64,000 nucleotides of DNA from the human T2T-CHM13v2.0 reference genome, Homo sapiens, in assembly GCF_009914755.1 (NCBI RefSeq), contig NC_060933.1; one strand, 5' to 3'. Below, one piece after another: positions 62,406 through 64,000 of this stretch. Under the pieces are notes generated by a model. It made no database searches and had not been told where the DNA came from. It saw nothing but the letters and a program-made list of their open reading frames with translations. Within the stretch, counting starts at the first letter, position 1. Every line of letters starts with the position of its first letter. A program made the translations under genes and the position numbers.

Positions 62406-62830
62406 TTGGTGAGCTGTAAACTGGTACAGCCACTCCGAAAAACAGTTTAGTCATTTCTCATAAAACTAAATATGCAACGCCCGTACAGTTGTGTTCTTGA
62501 GCATTTATCCCGGAGAAATGAAAACTTACATTCACACAAAAACTTGCACCATGAATGTTCATGGCAGCTTTATTTGTAGTAGTCAAAAATGTGTAATCGT
62601 CAACCCAGATGTCCTTCAGCTCACAGGTGAATGGTTAAACACTGTGTGCACACCCAGACTGTGGAACACCACTCAGCCATTAGACGGAATGGACTGTTGA
62701 TACATAAAACTTGGATGAATCTCCAGAGAATTATGCTGAGTGAAAAAAGCCAATCCCAAAAGGTTCCACACTGTATGATGCCATTTACACATCATTCTTG
62801 AAGTGACAATATTTTGGAAATGGACAGACT
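62406..62830 (+). mobile_element. L1MC1/2-type ORF2 end/3'UTR segment (sense)
   Basis: GAGAAATGAAAACTTACATTCACACAAAAAC...GGATGAATCTCCAGAGAATTATGCTGAGTGAAAAAAGCCAATCCCAAAAGG. Confidence 0.82.
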
Positions 62831-64000
62831 GCTTTCAAGTGCTCCTTATCACGGCCTTGGGGCAGGAGGCAGCATTTGCTGGTATGGTGATCAGTAGTGA
62901 ACCCATAATGAAGGCTGGGTCAACAAAAGCATTGCATTTGCCCCCTTAGCCTGTTTCCTCCCCATCACTCATTTGTATCTGCCCTGGGTAAAACACTCAA
63001 TGGCACACAAAGAAATCTGAGATCCAGCCACGGCAGTTAGTATTACATGATGAACCTGGGTCACACATGATGTAACTGGGATTATCTTTCCAGAACCCTC
63101 TTCCATGTAGAGAGTTGGCCAAAAGAGGGGTTCTGCCTGAGATTTGCAAAATGGAAGTGAAGCAGCAGCTTGTACCCTGAAGGTTGTCATGGCCTCTACA
63201 GTGACAAGCAAACACAGAGCTGCCCTCCCTCCTCTGGGCCTGACCCTTCCCACTGACCACAAGAGGCCCCAGGCCCAGCAGCAGACATTGAGCCTGGACT
63301 TTATGCTAGAGGTGGTGGCAGTCCATAGACCCCACCTACTCCCCTTTGTGCCCCATGGCCCATGCTCTGACTTGCCTTTCTTGCCACAGGCCAGGGATTC
63401 AGGAAGGCTGGTTGATGCCTTTTCTCAGATTCTCCAACACCCCTTGTACTTTTCTGCCCAGCTCCCCCATGGTCCTGCAGGGTCTAACCACTGGAAAGAA
63501 TCCCTCATCTGCACCATGCATCTTGCTTCTGCTCTCCTGCTGGGACCCTGCCCTGCAAAGCTCACCAGGAAGATAGCTCCCCACAACAGCCAGCAGTCCA
63601 CAGAACCATGGCGGGACAGGAGGCATGAACTCCAGGAATCACCAGGGCTGACCTTCTGGCAGAGAGGAGACAAGTTCCGATTGGAAGTGAGGAGGAGTTC
63701 TGAGTAGGGGCAAGGAGGGAATAACATACAGGGTTTGAGACTATTTTATTCACCCGTTCACTCAGCAGACTTTCCTGGGACCTGCTGTGTCCCTGCTCAC
63801 ACCAAGTCCTCACCCTCTGGTGGGGTCAGGAGTCAAGAGATGGTGCTGGGCCAGGCTGGCACCAAAGGCTGGCTTCCCACCACCAGGAGCTCAGATCCGG
63901 ACAATCCCCAGGGAATGTTTGAACCACGGCCCAAGTCATTGGAACCCAGAATGACTGCCAAGACACACTCATGGCATAATTTGCCCAGGGGCTTGGGCTT

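Overview
Primate (human-like) genomic DNA with no supportable protein-coding gene. The window is dominated by interspersed repeats: about 15 Alu/FRAM copies (many with readable target-site duplications, TSDs), a near-full-length L1PB-type LINE (15101-21590), a long L1MA/MB-type ORF2 remnant (47150-52030), older L1M/HAL1/L2/MIR fragments, MaLR/ERV solo LTRs, an ERVL gag-pro-pol remnant and DNA-transposon MITEs (MER58, MER44, MADE1). A TE-poor, GC/CpG-enriched block (33200-38640) looks regulatory. The most unusual structures read directly from the sequence are: (1) a 217-bp inverted repeat with one mismatch around a 203-bp spacer (40374-41010); (2) a 137-bp locally templated insertion in the L1PB 5'UTR, copied from 1760 bp upstream; (3) an old L1MC with twin-priming-like inversion geometry; (4) an 80-bp tandem duplication of an LTR end plus flank. 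Subfamily names come from recalled consensus sequences, not a RepeatMasker run, and old-repeat boundaries are approximate. I could not identify the locus and see no evidence for a novel gene system.
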